A DNA stretch of 64,000 nucleotides from Candidatus Woesearchaeota archaeon (GCA_013202845.1 JABMPT010000001.1:52244-116243), one strand, 5' to 3'; numbered from the stretch's first letter, positions 16,795 to 27,186 are shown. Program-made: numbers and translations. The notes: generated by a model from the letters alone, not told the origin.

Positions 16795-18258
16795 AATTCT
16801 AACAACCCCATTATCTCCATCTATTTCTACAAGATCACCTGTTTTCACAATTTTTGTAATGTAATGTAATCCTATAACACATGGTATACCAAGTTCCCTA
16901 CTAACAATTGCTGCATGACCTGTAATTCCGCCTTCATCAACTGCTAGACCAACACATTTTCTGAGCGCAGGCATATATGTTGGATGCGTTTGTGGTGCTA
17001 CTATTATGCTATTCTTTGGCATCTCATGAACTTTTTTGTTTATATTGTCATTCCAGTAAAAAACAAATGCTTTTCCAGTTGCTTTGCCAAGACAGGCAAT
17101 CTCTCCTTTCACTTCTTTAATGCTTGAATAATCGATCTCACCAAGTTCTGCTTTCTTGACTTGGATTGCTTCTTTCCCATAATATATTTGTATATGTCCA
17201 TTCTTGATTAGAATTGTTTCTGCAAGTGCTCTATCTGCTAATTCTTTTTTTGATGGTCCTTTCCTACCTTCTATTAAGCTTATGAGTTCTTCTTCTTCGC
17301 AGCTTGACAGCTCTTCAAAAGTTAGATTTAGGTTTGGAGAGAATCGTCTGCATATTAATACTAAATAATAGCCAAGCCATCTTCCATAGTATGATGTTAG
17401 GAATCTATAATATCCAATCTCTGCAATCTTTGATCCAAGTTCTTTTGCTTGCTCTGATAATTTATACTTTTTTATGATATTCTCTTTAATCTCAATAGAC
17501 TTTTCATATTGATCATTCAATTCTCTTCTCTTTTTTTCAAAATCTTCATCACTCTTCAGACTAGTGGTTAGTAATTTCTTAAAATGATCAAGGTCCCATG
17601 GCTCTGTTCTGTCGCTTGCAGGTATCAAGAAGTATTTTTCATAGTGCTTTACAACTAATTCCTTGACATCTTCATTGTTCTTAGCTTTTATCACAATGTC
17701 AAGCCAGTCAATCTCCTCATTGCTGAAAAAAGATTTCTTCTCAGGCAAAGTAAGCTTTATGAATAAATCCTTGACAAGTTTTTCTTCATTAATCTTTTCT
17801 CTGATAATCTTTTTCAATTCATCAGCCAAGCCTTCTGTGCATTGCGGTTGGCATGACAAGACATAAACAAATAACTCACGCCTGATTTCTGTAATCTTTG
17901 GAATGAGTTTAGTTATCTCTTTTTTAGGAACCTCATTAATCTTTCTTTCTAATTCGTATTTCTGCATTAGTTTTTTAGTTTCTTCATGCAACCTATTTTG
18001 TTTAGCAACCCATTTTCTAAACTTTTCTTTGCTCGTAAAGAATTCAAAACCATATTTTTTCGCTGTTTTCATATCTTTATCAGTGTAATAACCGCCATGA
18101 AGGTTCTCTCCTGTATCACTATACCACAAATAGTCTTTGTCCTGAAATCCAACTAGTTTTCTTAGCTTTCTTGAAAAATATGGGTTAAGAAAAATATGTC
18201 TGGCTAACAGATGGCTTAATCTTGGTCCTTCATACATTAAGTTCCACTTTAATTTCAT
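16777..18258 (-). CDS. PEP-utilising-enzyme mobile (phosphohistidine swivel) domain protein with about 390-aa helical N-terminal region of unknown family
   Basis: C-terminal DEGGITGHAAIVSRELGIPCVIG matches the swivel His motif of PpsA/PPDK. No ATP-grasp or PEP/pyruvate TIM-barrel motifs seen. Paralogue of 52075-53541. Confidence 0.7.
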   Translation of the reverse strand: MKLKWNLMYEGPRLSHLLARHIFLNPYFSRKLRKLVGFQDKDYLWYSDTGENLHGGYYTDKDMKTAKKYGFEFFTSKEKFRKWVAKQNRLHEETKKLMQKYELERKINEVPKKEITKLIPKITEIRRELFVYVLSCQPQCTEGLADELKKIIREKINEEKLVKDLFIKLTLPEKKSFFSNEEIDWLDIVIKAKNNEDVKELVVKHYEKYFLIPASDRTEPWDLDHFKKLLTTSLKSDEDFEKKRRELNDQYEKSIEIKENIIKKYKLSEQAKELGSKIAEIGYYRFLTSYYGRWLGYYLVLICRRFSPNLNLTFEELSSCEEEELISLIEGRKGPSKKELADRALAETILIKNGHIQIYYGKEAIQVKKAELGEIDYSSIKEVKGEIACLGKATGKAFVFYWNDNINKKVHEMPKNSIIVAPQTHPTYMPALRKCVGLAVDEGGITGHAAIVSRELGIPCVIGLHYITKIVKTGDLVEIDGDNGVVRILELSK

Positions 18259-18360
18259 GGTGTTTTGAATAGTATGTATTATTCTTATTTAAAACTATTT
18301 TTAATTTGAATAACAAACTTTATTAACTAATTCTTTTTTTAAGAATTAACGTGGGGGTTT

Positions 18361-19794
18361 ATGAATAACAAGATAAAATTAGGGCTCACGTTTGATGATG
18401 TTCTATTAGTACCTAAAAAATCAGATGTTAAGTCAAGGAGAGATGTAAATATTTCTGCTCCGCTTACAAAAAAAATTCTGATGAGAATGCCGTTGATAAG
18501 CTCCAATATGGATACTGTTACGGAGCATAAAATGGCCATTACAATGGCCAGAGCAGGAGGTATAGGATTCATCCATCGTTTTATGACTCAAAGCCAGCAA
18601 GTTGAAGAAGTCATGAAAGTGAAACGTTCAGAAACGATTATTGTAGATGATCCATATACTTTACCAATGAATAAAAATATTGCAGAAGCAAAATTATTTA
18701 TGAAAACATATGGGGTTTCAGGTCTCTTGATAGCTGACAAAAACAATAAGCTTGTAGGCATACTTTCAAGAAGGGATGTTTTGTTTGCAGACGATAATGA
18801 GGTTGTTGCTGATGTTATGACAAAGAATAGTGATGTAGTGACTGTGAATAGAAAGATTGGTTTTGAAGAAGCGAAGAAAATACTGCATAAACACAGGATA
18901 GAAAAACTACCAATTGTGAATAAAAATGGTTATATCAAGGGATTGATTACTAGTACGGATTTGAGGAAAATAAGAGAATACCCTAATGCTTTAAAAGATA
19001 AGAAGGGGCAATTAATGGTTGGAGCAGCTATTGGTGTGAAAGAGGGCTTTCTAGAAAGAGCTCAAGAACTTGTAAAAGCAGGTGCGGATGTTCTTGTCGT
19101 TGATATCGCACATGGACACTCAGATTTAGCAATAAAGACTATAAAAACTATAAAGAAAAATTTGGCTGTTGATTTGGTCGCGGGCAATGTGGCTACTACT
19201 AAAGGAACTAGAGATTTAATTGAAGCAGGAGCAGATGCTATTAAAGTTGGTGTTGGACCTGGTTCTATATGCATAACAAGAATAGTTGCCGGAGCCGGTG
19301 TACCACAGCTATCTGCTATAATTAGTTGTGTGAATGAGGCAAAGAAGAAAAAAATACCTATAATAGCTGATGGGGGTATAAAGAACTCCGGAGATTTATC
19401 TAAAGCTCTTGCAGCAGGGGCTTCAAGTGCGATGTGCGGAAACTTGTTTGCAGGAACTGAAGAAGCTCCTGGAATAACAATTTTAAGAAATGGCCGAAAA
19501 TACAAAGTTAGCAGAGGAATGGCTTCATTTGGAGCTGCTTTAGGAAGGAAAGAAAGAGAAAAAAACATATCTGACCAAAGTGCAAAGGAAATTGTTGCTG
19601 AGGGAGTAGAAGCAATGGTTCCATACAAAGGAAGTGCTACAGAAGTTATTGCACAACTCACAGGTGGTTTACGCTCTGGAATAAGCTATTGCGGAGCAAA
19701 GAATATTAAGGGAATGCAGAAAAATGCAGAATTTGTTAGGATAACACCTGCAGGTGTAAGAGAAAGCAAGCCGCATGATGTGGAGATTGTATAA
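18361..19794 (+). CDS. guaB: IMP dehydrogenase (with CBS pair)
   Basis: GLTFDDVLLVP, the catalytic loop GVGPGSICITR, and GGIKNSGD. GGGGGT Shine-Dalgarno sequence before the ATG. Confidence 0.92.
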   Translation: MNNKIKLGLTFDDVLLVPKKSDVKSRRDVNISAPLTKKILMRMPLISSNMDTVTEHKMAITMARAGGIGFIHRFMTQSQQVEEVMKVKRSETIIVDDPYTLPMNKNIAEAKLFMKTYGVSGLLIADKNNKLVGILSRRDVLFADDNEVVADVMTKNSDVVTVNRKIGFEEAKKILHKHRIEKLPIVNKNGYIKGLITSTDLRKIREYPNALKDKKGQLMVGAAIGVKEGFLERAQELVKAGADVLVVDIAHGHSDLAIKTIKTIKKNLAVDLVAGNVATTKGTRDLIEAGADAIKVGVGPGSICITRIVAGAGVPQLSAIISCVNEAKKKKIPIIADGGIKNSGDLSKALAAGASSAMCGNLFAGTEEAPGITILRNGRKYKVSRGMASFGAALGRKEREKNISDQSAKEIVAEGVEAMVPYKGSATEVIAQLTGGLRSGISYCGAKNIKGMQKNAEFVRITPAGVRESKPHDVEIV

Positions 19795-19944
19795 CTTTTG
19801 TCTCCCATTTTTGTTGTTCTAAAATGAGAAGCATTTTAGTAAGCTTTATATGACAAAAATATTCTATTTTTGAACATAAACTTTTCACAAAGTTTATATA
19901 ATAAATACGCATTAGAATTTAATGATAGAAAAAAGAGGCTTACT

Positions 19945-22900
19945 ATGACTAGGATAGTGAAGTTAGTGATGAAGGGCTTTAAGTCCTTTGGGAACAAGAC
20001 AGAGATTCCAACAGGAGAGAAATTTAATGTCATCTTAGGTCCTAACGGCTCTGGTAAGAGCAATGTTCTGGATGCGTTGTGCTTTGTTATGGGTAAATCT
20101 TCAGCCAAAGGCTTGAGGGCAGAGAAGTCTGCAAACCTCATATATAATGGCGGTAAAAGTAAGAAGCCTGCGAAGCAGGGAGAGGTATCCATATATTTTG
20201 ACAATTCCAAGAATTTCTTCTCTCTTAATACTCCGGTAGTCAAGTTAACCAGGATAATAAGGCAGTCAGGGCAATCAGTTTACAAGATAAATGATGAAAC
20301 AAGAACCAGACAGCAAGTTCTTGAACTTCTAAGTCAGGCAAGGATAGATCCTAATGGTCATAACATAATTTTGCAGGGAGACATAGTTCATTTGGTCGAG
20401 ATGTCCTTAATTGAAAGAAGACAGATGGTTGAGGAGATTGCAGGCATATCCGTTTATGAGGAAAAGAAAGAAAAAGCCTTGAGAGAACTAACCAGGGTTG
20501 AAGAGAGACTTAATGAGGCAGGTATCATACTTACAGAGAGGCAGGGTTTCTTGAGAGAGTTGAAAAAAGAGAGAAACCAGGCCATGAAGTTCAAGGATTT
20601 AGATACCAACATAAAGAGGAACAGAGCAACAATCCTTGACAAACAGATAAGAGAGAAAAGCGATAAGAAAAAAGCACTTGAAAAAGACATTAACAAGAAC
20701 AATAAGGAAATAGAAGAACTCCAAAATAAGCTTGAAGATTTAAAGGTAAAGATTGCTGATAAAAAAGAAGAGATTGATGCTATAAACAAAGAAGTTGAGG
20801 AAAAAGGAGAGAAAGAACAGGTAGAACTCCATCGTGATATAGAACAGATAAAAGTCAACTTTGCTCTTAACAAGCAGAGAATTGAAACTCTTAAGCAAGA
20901 GCTTTACAGAATAAATGACAGGAAGGAAGAGCTTGAGAGAAGCAAGAAAGAGCTTACTTCAAAGATAGATATTCTGAAGAAGAACAAGGAAGATGCTGAG
21001 AGGGAAATCGCTCAAAAAGAAAACGAAGTCGAAATGATTGATGAAAAACTGGCAGTTTTCAAGAAAAAGAATAAATTATCTGATGCTCATGATATTGACA
21101 AGCGATTGGAAGAGATAGATGCAAGAGCTGAGAGCATACAAGAGGAGATAAACAGATTAAGAGAAGAGCAGCAGAATCTTTTCAGGGAAAAGGACAAGTA
21201 TGAATTAATGCTTCAAGGTCTTGATGACAAGATAGACAAGGTCTTGGAAGTTGAGAAAGAGAATAAAGAAGCAGTTGGCAAACTGAAAGAGAACAAGGAG
21301 AAATTCAAAGAAGCAACAAGTGAGCTGAACACAAGACTGGCTGATGAGCCATCAATAATCGCACAATTAGATAATGCACGCTCAAAACTATTATCAAGAA
21401 AAGAAGAACTTTCAAGACTTAACATAAGGTCTGCAGGTTTAAAAGAACAACTTGCAGGCAATCGTGGAATAAAAGCGATTCTGGACAAGAACTTTCCAGG
21501 AGTTCATGGTTTGGTAAGTCAATTGGGAAATGTCAGTACAGAACATTCTCTGGCATTGGGAATTGCAGCGGGCAATAGGATAAAAAGCATTGTTGTGAAC
21601 AATGATGAAACAGCTTCTAAATGCATAAAATACCTGAAGGAAAACAGATTAGGCACAGCTACATTTCTGCCATTGAACAAGCTCAAGCCGCCATTGATAA
21701 AATCTGAATTCAGAGCGATAAAAGGCAATGGAATACTTGGCATGGCAATAGACCTTGTCAAATATGAACCAAAATATGAAAAGGTTTTCCAATATGTCTT
21801 TGGAAACACATTGGTTGTTGATGATGTAGATGTAGCAAGAAGAATAGGTATTGGCAGGGTAAGAATGGTTACTATGACAGGTGACTTAGTGGAGACAAGT
21901 GGAGCAATGCAGGGCGGTTATAGAAGTAAAACACTTGAGATGGGTTTCAAAGAGGAAGAAGTCACACAGCAAACAAATGAATTAGAATCAGAAATCAAGG
22001 ATCTGGAAAGCGTGATATCAAAACTTGAGAAGAAAAAGAAGGAAAACGAAGCTAGGATATCTGAATTAAGAAGCCTAAAAGCAGAGCTGGAATCAGAGAT
22101 ATTGAAAACAGAGAAATCACTGCATCTAGACTCGGAGGATTTAGGTTTCACGAAGGATGAGAAGAGCAAAATAACTTCTGAAATAGAATCCCTGGAAAGA
22201 AAAACAGAGGAAATAACAGGGTCTATTTCTGTCAAAAACAAAGAATTGGCTGGTTTGAAATCAGAAAAACAAATGTTGAGAGATAAGATGACTGAGATGA
22301 GGAACCCTGCTGTTCTTGCAGAGATGAATACTTTTGAACAGAAGAAGCAAGAATTGAGAGAGGAGTTATCTGAGTTGAAAGGGGAGATGAAGAACAATGA
22401 GTCAGAGATAAACAACATCTTATTGCCAGAACAGGAGAATATAGACAAGATATTGAAGCAGCAGTTGAAGGAGAAAGATGAATTTGAATCAGAGAAGAAA
22501 GAAAAGGAAGGAGTAGTTAAGAAACAGGAAGAAGAGCTTACTGAGAAAGAGAAACATGAAAAGAAATTCTATTCACAATATCGTGATTTGTACAATAAGA
22601 GAACAAAACTTGGAAATGAAGTCACAACTCTTGAGAACAAGGTGTCGAACAGAAATGATGATATCAGAAGGGTTGAAACGAGAAACAATAATCTCTCTAT
22701 TGAAAAAGCCAAGATTGTTGGAGAACTGGAAGGATTGGAGGAAGAATTCAAGCAGTTCGGGGGAATACCTGTTTTCAAGAACAAATCAGAAGACCAGATA
22801 ATTAGAGAAATTCACCAATTCGAAAAAATGGTTGATGACATTGGCGCAGTTAATATGAAAGCTTTGGAGATTTATGACAAAGCAGAAACAGAGTACCAGT

Positions 22901-23430
22901 CATTGATGAGTAAGAAGGAAAAACTAGGTGGTGAAAGAGAGGACATCCTTGTTATGATAAATGAGATTGACAGTAAGAAGAAAGAGTTATTTATGAGCAC
23001 TTTCAATGTTGTAAACAGTAATTTCAAAAGAATTTTCTTGACCCTCTCAACAAAGGGAGAAGCTTTCATGGAGATGGAAGATGAAAAAGACCCTTTTATG
23101 GGTGGAGTGGAGATAAAAGTAAGAATCACAGGCAGGAAATTCATGGATATAAGGAGTTTGAGTGGAGGAGAAAAGACTCTCACTGCTTTGGCATTCATCT
23201 TTGCGGTTCAAGAGCATGAACCAGCTCCGTTCTACATACTTGATGAAGTAGATGCTGCTTTGGACAAGAAAAACTCAGAGAAATTGGCTGAGTTGATAGT
23301 ATCTTATTCACATAAATCACAGTATGTCATAATAAGTCACAATGATGGTATTATAACCGCTGCAGAGAACTTGTTTGGTGTAAGCATGGACCAGCATGGA
23401 ATGAGCAAGGTTACAAGTTTAAAGATATAG
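19945..23430 (+). CDS. smc: chromosome segregation protein SMC
   Basis: Walker A GPNGSGKSN, long coiled coils with a hinge (GVHGLVSQLG), signature LSGGEKT, Walker B ILDEVDAALD. Start moved to ATG 19945 (MTRIVKLVMKGFKSF) after AGAGG. Confidence 0.9.
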   Translation: MTRIVKLVMKGFKSFGNKTEIPTGEKFNVILGPNGSGKSNVLDALCFVMGKSSAKGLRAEKSANLIYNGGKSKKPAKQGEVSIYFDNSKNFFSLNTPVVKLTRIIRQSGQSVYKINDETRTRQQVLELLSQARIDPNGHNIILQGDIVHLVEMSLIERRQMVEEIAGISVYEEKKEKALRELTRVEERLNEAGIILTERQGFLRELKKERNQAMKFKDLDTNIKRNRATILDKQIREKSDKKKALEKDINKNNKEIEELQNKLEDLKVKIADKKEEIDAINKEVEEKGEKEQVELHRDIEQIKVNFALNKQRIETLKQELYRINDRKEELERSKKELTSKIDILKKNKEDAEREIAQKENEVEMIDEKLAVFKKKNKLSDAHDIDKRLEEIDARAESIQEEINRLREEQQNLFREKDKYELMLQGLDDKIDKVLEVEKENKEAVGKLKENKEKFKEATSELNTRLADEPSIIAQLDNARSKLLSRKEELSRLNIRSAGLKEQLAGNRGIKAILDKNFPGVHGLVSQLGNVSTEHSLALGIAAGNRIKSIVVNNDETASKCIKYLKENRLGTATFLPLNKLKPPLIKSEFRAIKGNGILGMAIDLVKYEPKYEKVFQYVFGNTLVVDDVDVARRIGIGRVRMVTMTGDLVETSGAMQGGYRSKTLEMGFKEEEVTQQTNELESEIKDLESVISKLEKKKKENEARISELRSLKAELESEILKTEKSLHLDSEDLGFTKDEKSKITSEIESLERKTEEITGSISVKNKELAGLKSEKQMLRDKMTEMRNPAVLAEMNTFEQKKQELREELSELKGEMKNNESEINNILLPEQENIDKILKQQLKEKDEFESEKKEKEGVVKKQEEELTEKEKHEKKFYSQYRDLYNKRTKLGNEVTTLENKVSNRNDDIRRVETRNNNLSIEKAKIVGELEGLEEEFKQFGGIPVFKNKSEDQIIREIHQFEKMVDDIGAVNMKALEIYDKAETEYQSLMSKKEKLGGEREDILVMINEIDSKKKELFMSTFNVVNSNFKRIFLTLSTKGEAFMEMEDEKDPFMGGVEIKVRITGRKFMDIRSLSGGEKTLTALAFIFAVQEHEPAPFYILDEVDAALDKKNSEKLAELIVSYSHKSQYVIISHNDGIITAAENLFGVSMDQHGMSKVTSLKI

Positions 23431-23526
23431 TCTTATTAATAAAGGAGAAATCTCTCTTTCATTAGGTGCGGTAGTTTTAAATATAGCTGAATTCTACGAT
23501 AGAGTAAATTCAGATACTCTATTAAG

Positions 23527-24585
23527 ATGAAAAAAGTGAGTGTTTTTGCACCGGCAACAGTGGCATTAAGCGGGACTTTATTAGATACTTTTGGATGGCC
23601 GCTGGAGAATGTTGGAGATATTGTTCATGCTGAACTAACAGATGATTTTGAAGGAGTTAAATTAATTAAAATCAAGGATGATCCTGGATTACCATTAGGC
23701 GAAGAGAATGTTGTTGAAGCAGTAGGAAAAAAAGTTTATGAACTTGCCAAAGCCAAGAATAAAGGAATTAAATTAATTCTTGAAAAAAGAATGAGGATTG
23801 GTTGTGGCATGGGGAGTAGTGCTTCAAGTGGTGTTGCTTCTGCAGTCGCAGTTAATGAAATACTAGGGAAACCATTCAAAAAAGACTCTAATGAATTATT
23901 GCAAGCTTCTGTTTATGGAGAATATGTAGCCTGTGGAGCAGCTCATTCAGGAAATGCAGTTCCAGCTTTATTAGGTGGTCCGGTGTTTATTTATAATGCA
24001 AAAACACTAGAGCATACTAAGTTTAAGACTCCTTCTTTCTATATGGTTTTAGTAAATCCGGAGTTGATTGTAAGAACAAGAGATGCAAGAAAAGTTTTAT
24101 GGGAAAGTCCATATGATATTCCTAAACTTATCAAAAAAACACATCAACTTGTGAAAAAGAACTTAGATCAGAAACCTCCATTTAAGATATCAAAAAGTGA
24201 ATGTATGCCACTTGTACAGAAAGGAGGTTCTATAGAGATAGTAAGAAAATATCTTTTGGCTGGTCTTCGAGTGATGTTTGGTTTCAAGAAAGGAGATTTA
24301 GATATGATTGGTGAATCCTTAGAAGAAGATCATATTGTAACTGCAGTTCGTTCAATACTTATTAAAGGATATTCTAATGTAAAGTATGCTGCAAAAAAAG
24401 CTGGAGCAAAAGCTTTTTGCATAAGTGGTTCTGGCCCTTCTGTTTTTGCTTTGGCTGAGACTAAAAAAGAAGCAGAAAAGATTGGTAATGCAATGATTAA
24501 AGCGTTCAGATCAAATAAAATCAAAGCGGTAAAATATGTTTCTAAAATTAATAAAGAAGGAGCTAAAGTAGTAGATAAAGAATAA
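23527..24585 (+). CDS. GHMP kinase, homoserine kinase (ThrB)-like
   Basis: GCGMGSSASSG (GHMP motif II), HSGNAVPALLGGP and ISGSGPSVFAL parallel archaeal ThrB motifs. It carries an extra C-terminal insertion relative to typical ThrB. Confidence 0.65.
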   Translation: MKKVSVFAPATVALSGTLLDTFGWPLENVGDIVHAELTDDFEGVKLIKIKDDPGLPLGEENVVEAVGKKVYELAKAKNKGIKLILEKRMRIGCGMGSSASSGVASAVAVNEILGKPFKKDSNELLQASVYGEYVACGAAHSGNAVPALLGGPVFIYNAKTLEHTKFKTPSFYMVLVNPELIVRTRDARKVLWESPYDIPKLIKKTHQLVKKNLDQKPPFKISKSECMPLVQKGGSIEIVRKYLLAGLRVMFGFKKGDLDMIGESLEEDHIVTAVRSILIKGYSNVKYAAKKAGAKAFCISGSGPSVFALAETKKEAEKIGNAMIKAFRSNKIKAVKYVSKINKEGAKVVDKE

Positions 24586-25713
24586 TCAAGCTCTTTCTTC
24601 TAGTACAGTGTTTATTGCTTCTTCTATTTTTTGGGCTGTGATGCTCCATTGAAAGTCTTTCAATACTGTTCTTCTTGCATTCCTGCCAAGTTTCTCTCTT
24701 AACTTGGAATCACTCATTAGCAATCTTATCTTTTTATACAGGTCAAAAGGGTGTTGCTTCTCAAAGAACAAACCGTTTTCACCATCTTCTATATAGTCTT
24801 TCACAAATCCAACTTGGGTTGCTATCACTGGTACTTCGCAGGACATCGCTTCAAGTGTTGATAGTGAGCTGGTTTCTGTCAGTGATGAAAGCACATATAC
24901 ATCCATTGCCTGAATCCAAGGAATAACATTGTCTTGTGGTCCGGGAAAAATAATATCTTTCTTGTCCTGGAATAATTCTTCAACATCCTTTGCTCCTGAG
25001 CCGACTATCATTAATTTTACTCTGTCGTTATACTTTCTGACTCTTAGAAATGCTCTTAACAATGTCTTCAAGTCTTTTTCTCTTCCCAATCTTCCATGAT
25101 ATCCGATTATGAAGTTGTTTGGTTGGAATGCTAGCTTTCTCTTTGCTTTATCTCTTTCTTCTTTCACGAATTTGTCAGCGTTCACACCAAGATGGACTAT
25201 TTTCTTCTTTGTAGTAATTTTCTGCCACCCCAACATGTCAGAGATATTTGCAGCCGGCACTATTAGCAAACTACATTTTTTGTATAGGAACCTGGCGATT
25301 TTCTTGGTTATTGGATACAGAATTTTTTTGGTGAAAGGCCTCGAAACTGCTTTTGGAACTAGTTCCCATTCTATACTGTGTATGAATGAAATGACTGGTT
25401 TTGAAAGTCTCTTTGCTGCTATGATTGAACACATACCTATCGGTCCTATTGTTTGTGAGAAGACAGCATCTGCTTGCCTTATAATCTCCTTGATTCTTCT
25501 ATACTGCCATTTTGCTGGCTGGAAGTCTCCTATGATCATCTTTTTTATAGGTATCTTTGATATTTTGAAACCTTTCTCTCTTGTCTTGCCGAAGTCAGGT
25601 GCAATCACAGTTATTTCATGATTTTTCGCTAGTCTTGGGATTATCTCTGATAAAAACCTTGATATGCCATCCCATCTTGGAAGATAATTATCTGTTGCGA
25701 TTACTAATTTCAT
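24586..25713 (-). CDS. glycosyltransferase family 4 (GT-B fold)
   Basis: C-terminal E-x7-E region (ETSSLSTLEAMSCEVPVIAT ... EDGENGLFF). 375 aa. Confidence 0.85.
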   Translation of the reverse strand: MKLVIATDNYLPRWDGISRFLSEIIPRLAKNHEITVIAPDFGKTREKGFKISKIPIKKMIIGDFQPAKWQYRRIKEIIRQADAVFSQTIGPIGMCSIIAAKRLSKPVISFIHSIEWELVPKAVSRPFTKKILYPITKKIARFLYKKCSLLIVPAANISDMLGWQKITTKKKIVHLGVNADKFVKEERDKAKRKLAFQPNNFIIGYHGRLGREKDLKTLLRAFLRVRKYNDRVKLMIVGSGAKDVEELFQDKKDIIFPGPQDNVIPWIQAMDVYVLSSLTETSSLSTLEAMSCEVPVIATQVGFVKDYIEDGENGLFFEKQHPFDLYKKIRLLMSDSKLREKLGRNARRTVLKDFQWSITAQKIEEAINTVLEERA

Positions 25714-25765
25714 AATTTGTCCTCCGAAAAATTATGGAACACAAAATTCTTTGAATTTTGTTGTT

Positions 25766-26422
25766 TCATCTTAACCTGTAAAATACCTCTGCATATTTTG
25801 TATTGTGTTTCCTTCCATTAATAGTGTTTTTTATGTACATTGTCATGACAGGGAAATAGTTGAATATGCCGTGCAAGCTGAATTGGCTTTTGAAGCATTT
25901 CAGAGCTTTGAGTTTCTTATCAAATGTTTTTGAAGTGTCTACAACCAGTTTAGGATGCTTGTTTGCAGTGAACCTGAAAGGATTCCATATCTCGAAAGAG
26001 TACACTTCTGTCTTCCAGGAAAGTTCGTCGACTATCTCTAACACTGCTGAAACTGTTTTCCTGTGGATTGGATGTGCATCGTCAGGTGCGTGTGTAAATA
26101 TCTTGACAGGTCTGAGTTTTTTTATTATTTTTTCTAATTTGTTCTTTCCTTTGTAAATCTCTACTTCTTTGTTGATATCTTTCTCAGGCACTTTCAGGAA
26201 CTTCACTCCTTTTCCTCCAATGACCTTGTCTGCTCTTATGGATTCTCTTTCTCTTGTATCGACAATTATCTCTTCTTTGAAATGCGGCATGGCGACCTCT
26301 CCTTTGGTGAATATGATTGTCTTTACATCAAATCCTTCTTCTGCGTATTTTGCAGCTGCACCTCCTGGCCCTATAATCTGGTCGTCTGAATGAGCTGCTA
26401 TTATTAGTATGGTTTTTGCCAT
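25766..26422 (-). CDS. PIG-L / LmbE family N-acetylglucosaminyl deacetylase
   Basis: ILIIAAHSDDQIIGPGGAAAKY (AHPDD-type motif) and HPIH downstream. Confidence 0.85.
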   Translation of the reverse strand: MAKTILIIAAHSDDQIIGPGGAAAKYAEEGFDVKTIIFTKGEVAMPHFKEEIIVDTRERESIRADKVIGGKGVKFLKVPEKDINKEVEIYKGKNKLEKIIKKLRPVKIFTHAPDDAHPIHRKTVSAVLEIVDELSWKTEVYSFEIWNPFRFTANKHPKLVVDTSKTFDKKLKALKCFKSQFSLHGIFNYFPVMTMYIKNTINGRKHNTKYAEVFYRLR

Positions 26423-26508
26423 GTTTAAATTATAAATAAAGGAATTTATTAAAGTTTGTGTTTGTTTCTTAAAATACCTTTATATATATCCCTCGACTAC
26501 CAACATTC

Positions 26509-27186
26509 ATGAAGCTTGTAGCAACGAGTATTGAAAATCCTTTGGAAGAGAGAGCATTAAGTCTCTATGATGTAGAATTTCGAGAAAAAGGAGATTCTGG
26601 TCTAGTATTATTTCCAGAGGGATCATTTGATGATTTAATCAATCTTGAAAAGGTTGTAAGTCTGTCAGATGTGTATGGAATTACAATTGTTGGAACAAAA
26701 GATGTTAATGGCCATCAACAAGCTGTTATTTTGAGGAATGGAGAAGAAATTCCTGCTCAAATAGCATATCCTGATGTTGTATTGCCAGGAATATTTGCAG
26801 ATCAGATTCCTGTTCCAAAAACCACAAGCAAAGAGGAACTCACTTTTTTTGAACAAGATAAATTTTATGATGTGTCTTCTAATGGCACTTCTGTTAGCGC
26901 TTTTATCAGAATATGTTCAGATATTTCGGTTTCATTCACAAAGTTTGGGAAAGCAAACTTGCTTTTAGTTCCTTCTGCTATTCAGCATCCAGATTTCTTT
27001 TTTAAGATGTCGATGAAAAACTTATTGCAATCCTTGCAATCTGATGGCAAAATAATCTATTCTCCATCTCCTACAGATAAAATATTAAGAGAAACACTTC
27101 AATCTGTAGGTGTTTATGACACTGATTTACGTCAGGTTGGAGAAAATGTAGTCGAGAGAGATTACGTAGTTCTAGAAAGATTTTAA
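26509..27186 (+). CDS. hypothetical protein, weakly carbon-nitrogen-hydrolase-like
   Basis: LVLFPEGSF and IRICSDIS resemble the Glu and Cys segments of nitrilase-superfamily enzymes, but I cannot place the catalytic Lys. Confidence 0.3.
   Translation: MKLVATSIENPLEERALSLYDVEFREKGDSGLVLFPEGSFDDLINLEKVVSLSDVYGITIVGTKDVNGHQQAVILRNGEEIPAQIAYPDVVLPGIFADQIPVPKTTSKEELTFFEQDKFYDVSSNGTSVSAFIRICSDISVSFTKFGKANLLLVPSAIQHPDFFFKMSMKNLLQSLQSDGKIIYSPSPTDKILRETLQSVGVYDTDLRQVGENVVERDYVVLERF

Noticed and set aside
19062-19661. 199-aa ORF antisense to guaB
   Set aside because: It lies entirely within a well-supported IMPDH gene. Its Ala/Pro/Ser-rich composition is typical of the antisense of a Gly/Ala-rich enzyme.
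20454-22801. Several 70-176-aa ORFs antisense to, or out of frame within, smc (for example 20454-20873, 21213-21488, 21918-22448, 22569-22784)
   Set aside because: They are Ser/Phe/Leu-rich low-complexity mirror images of the Glu/Lys-rich SMC coiled coil. They lie fully inside a high-confidence gene and have no start context.
25109-25621. 170-aa ORF antisense to the GT4 glycosyltransferase
   Set aside because: It is embedded in a gene with clear GT4 motifs, and its hydrophobic composition looks like a frame artefact.
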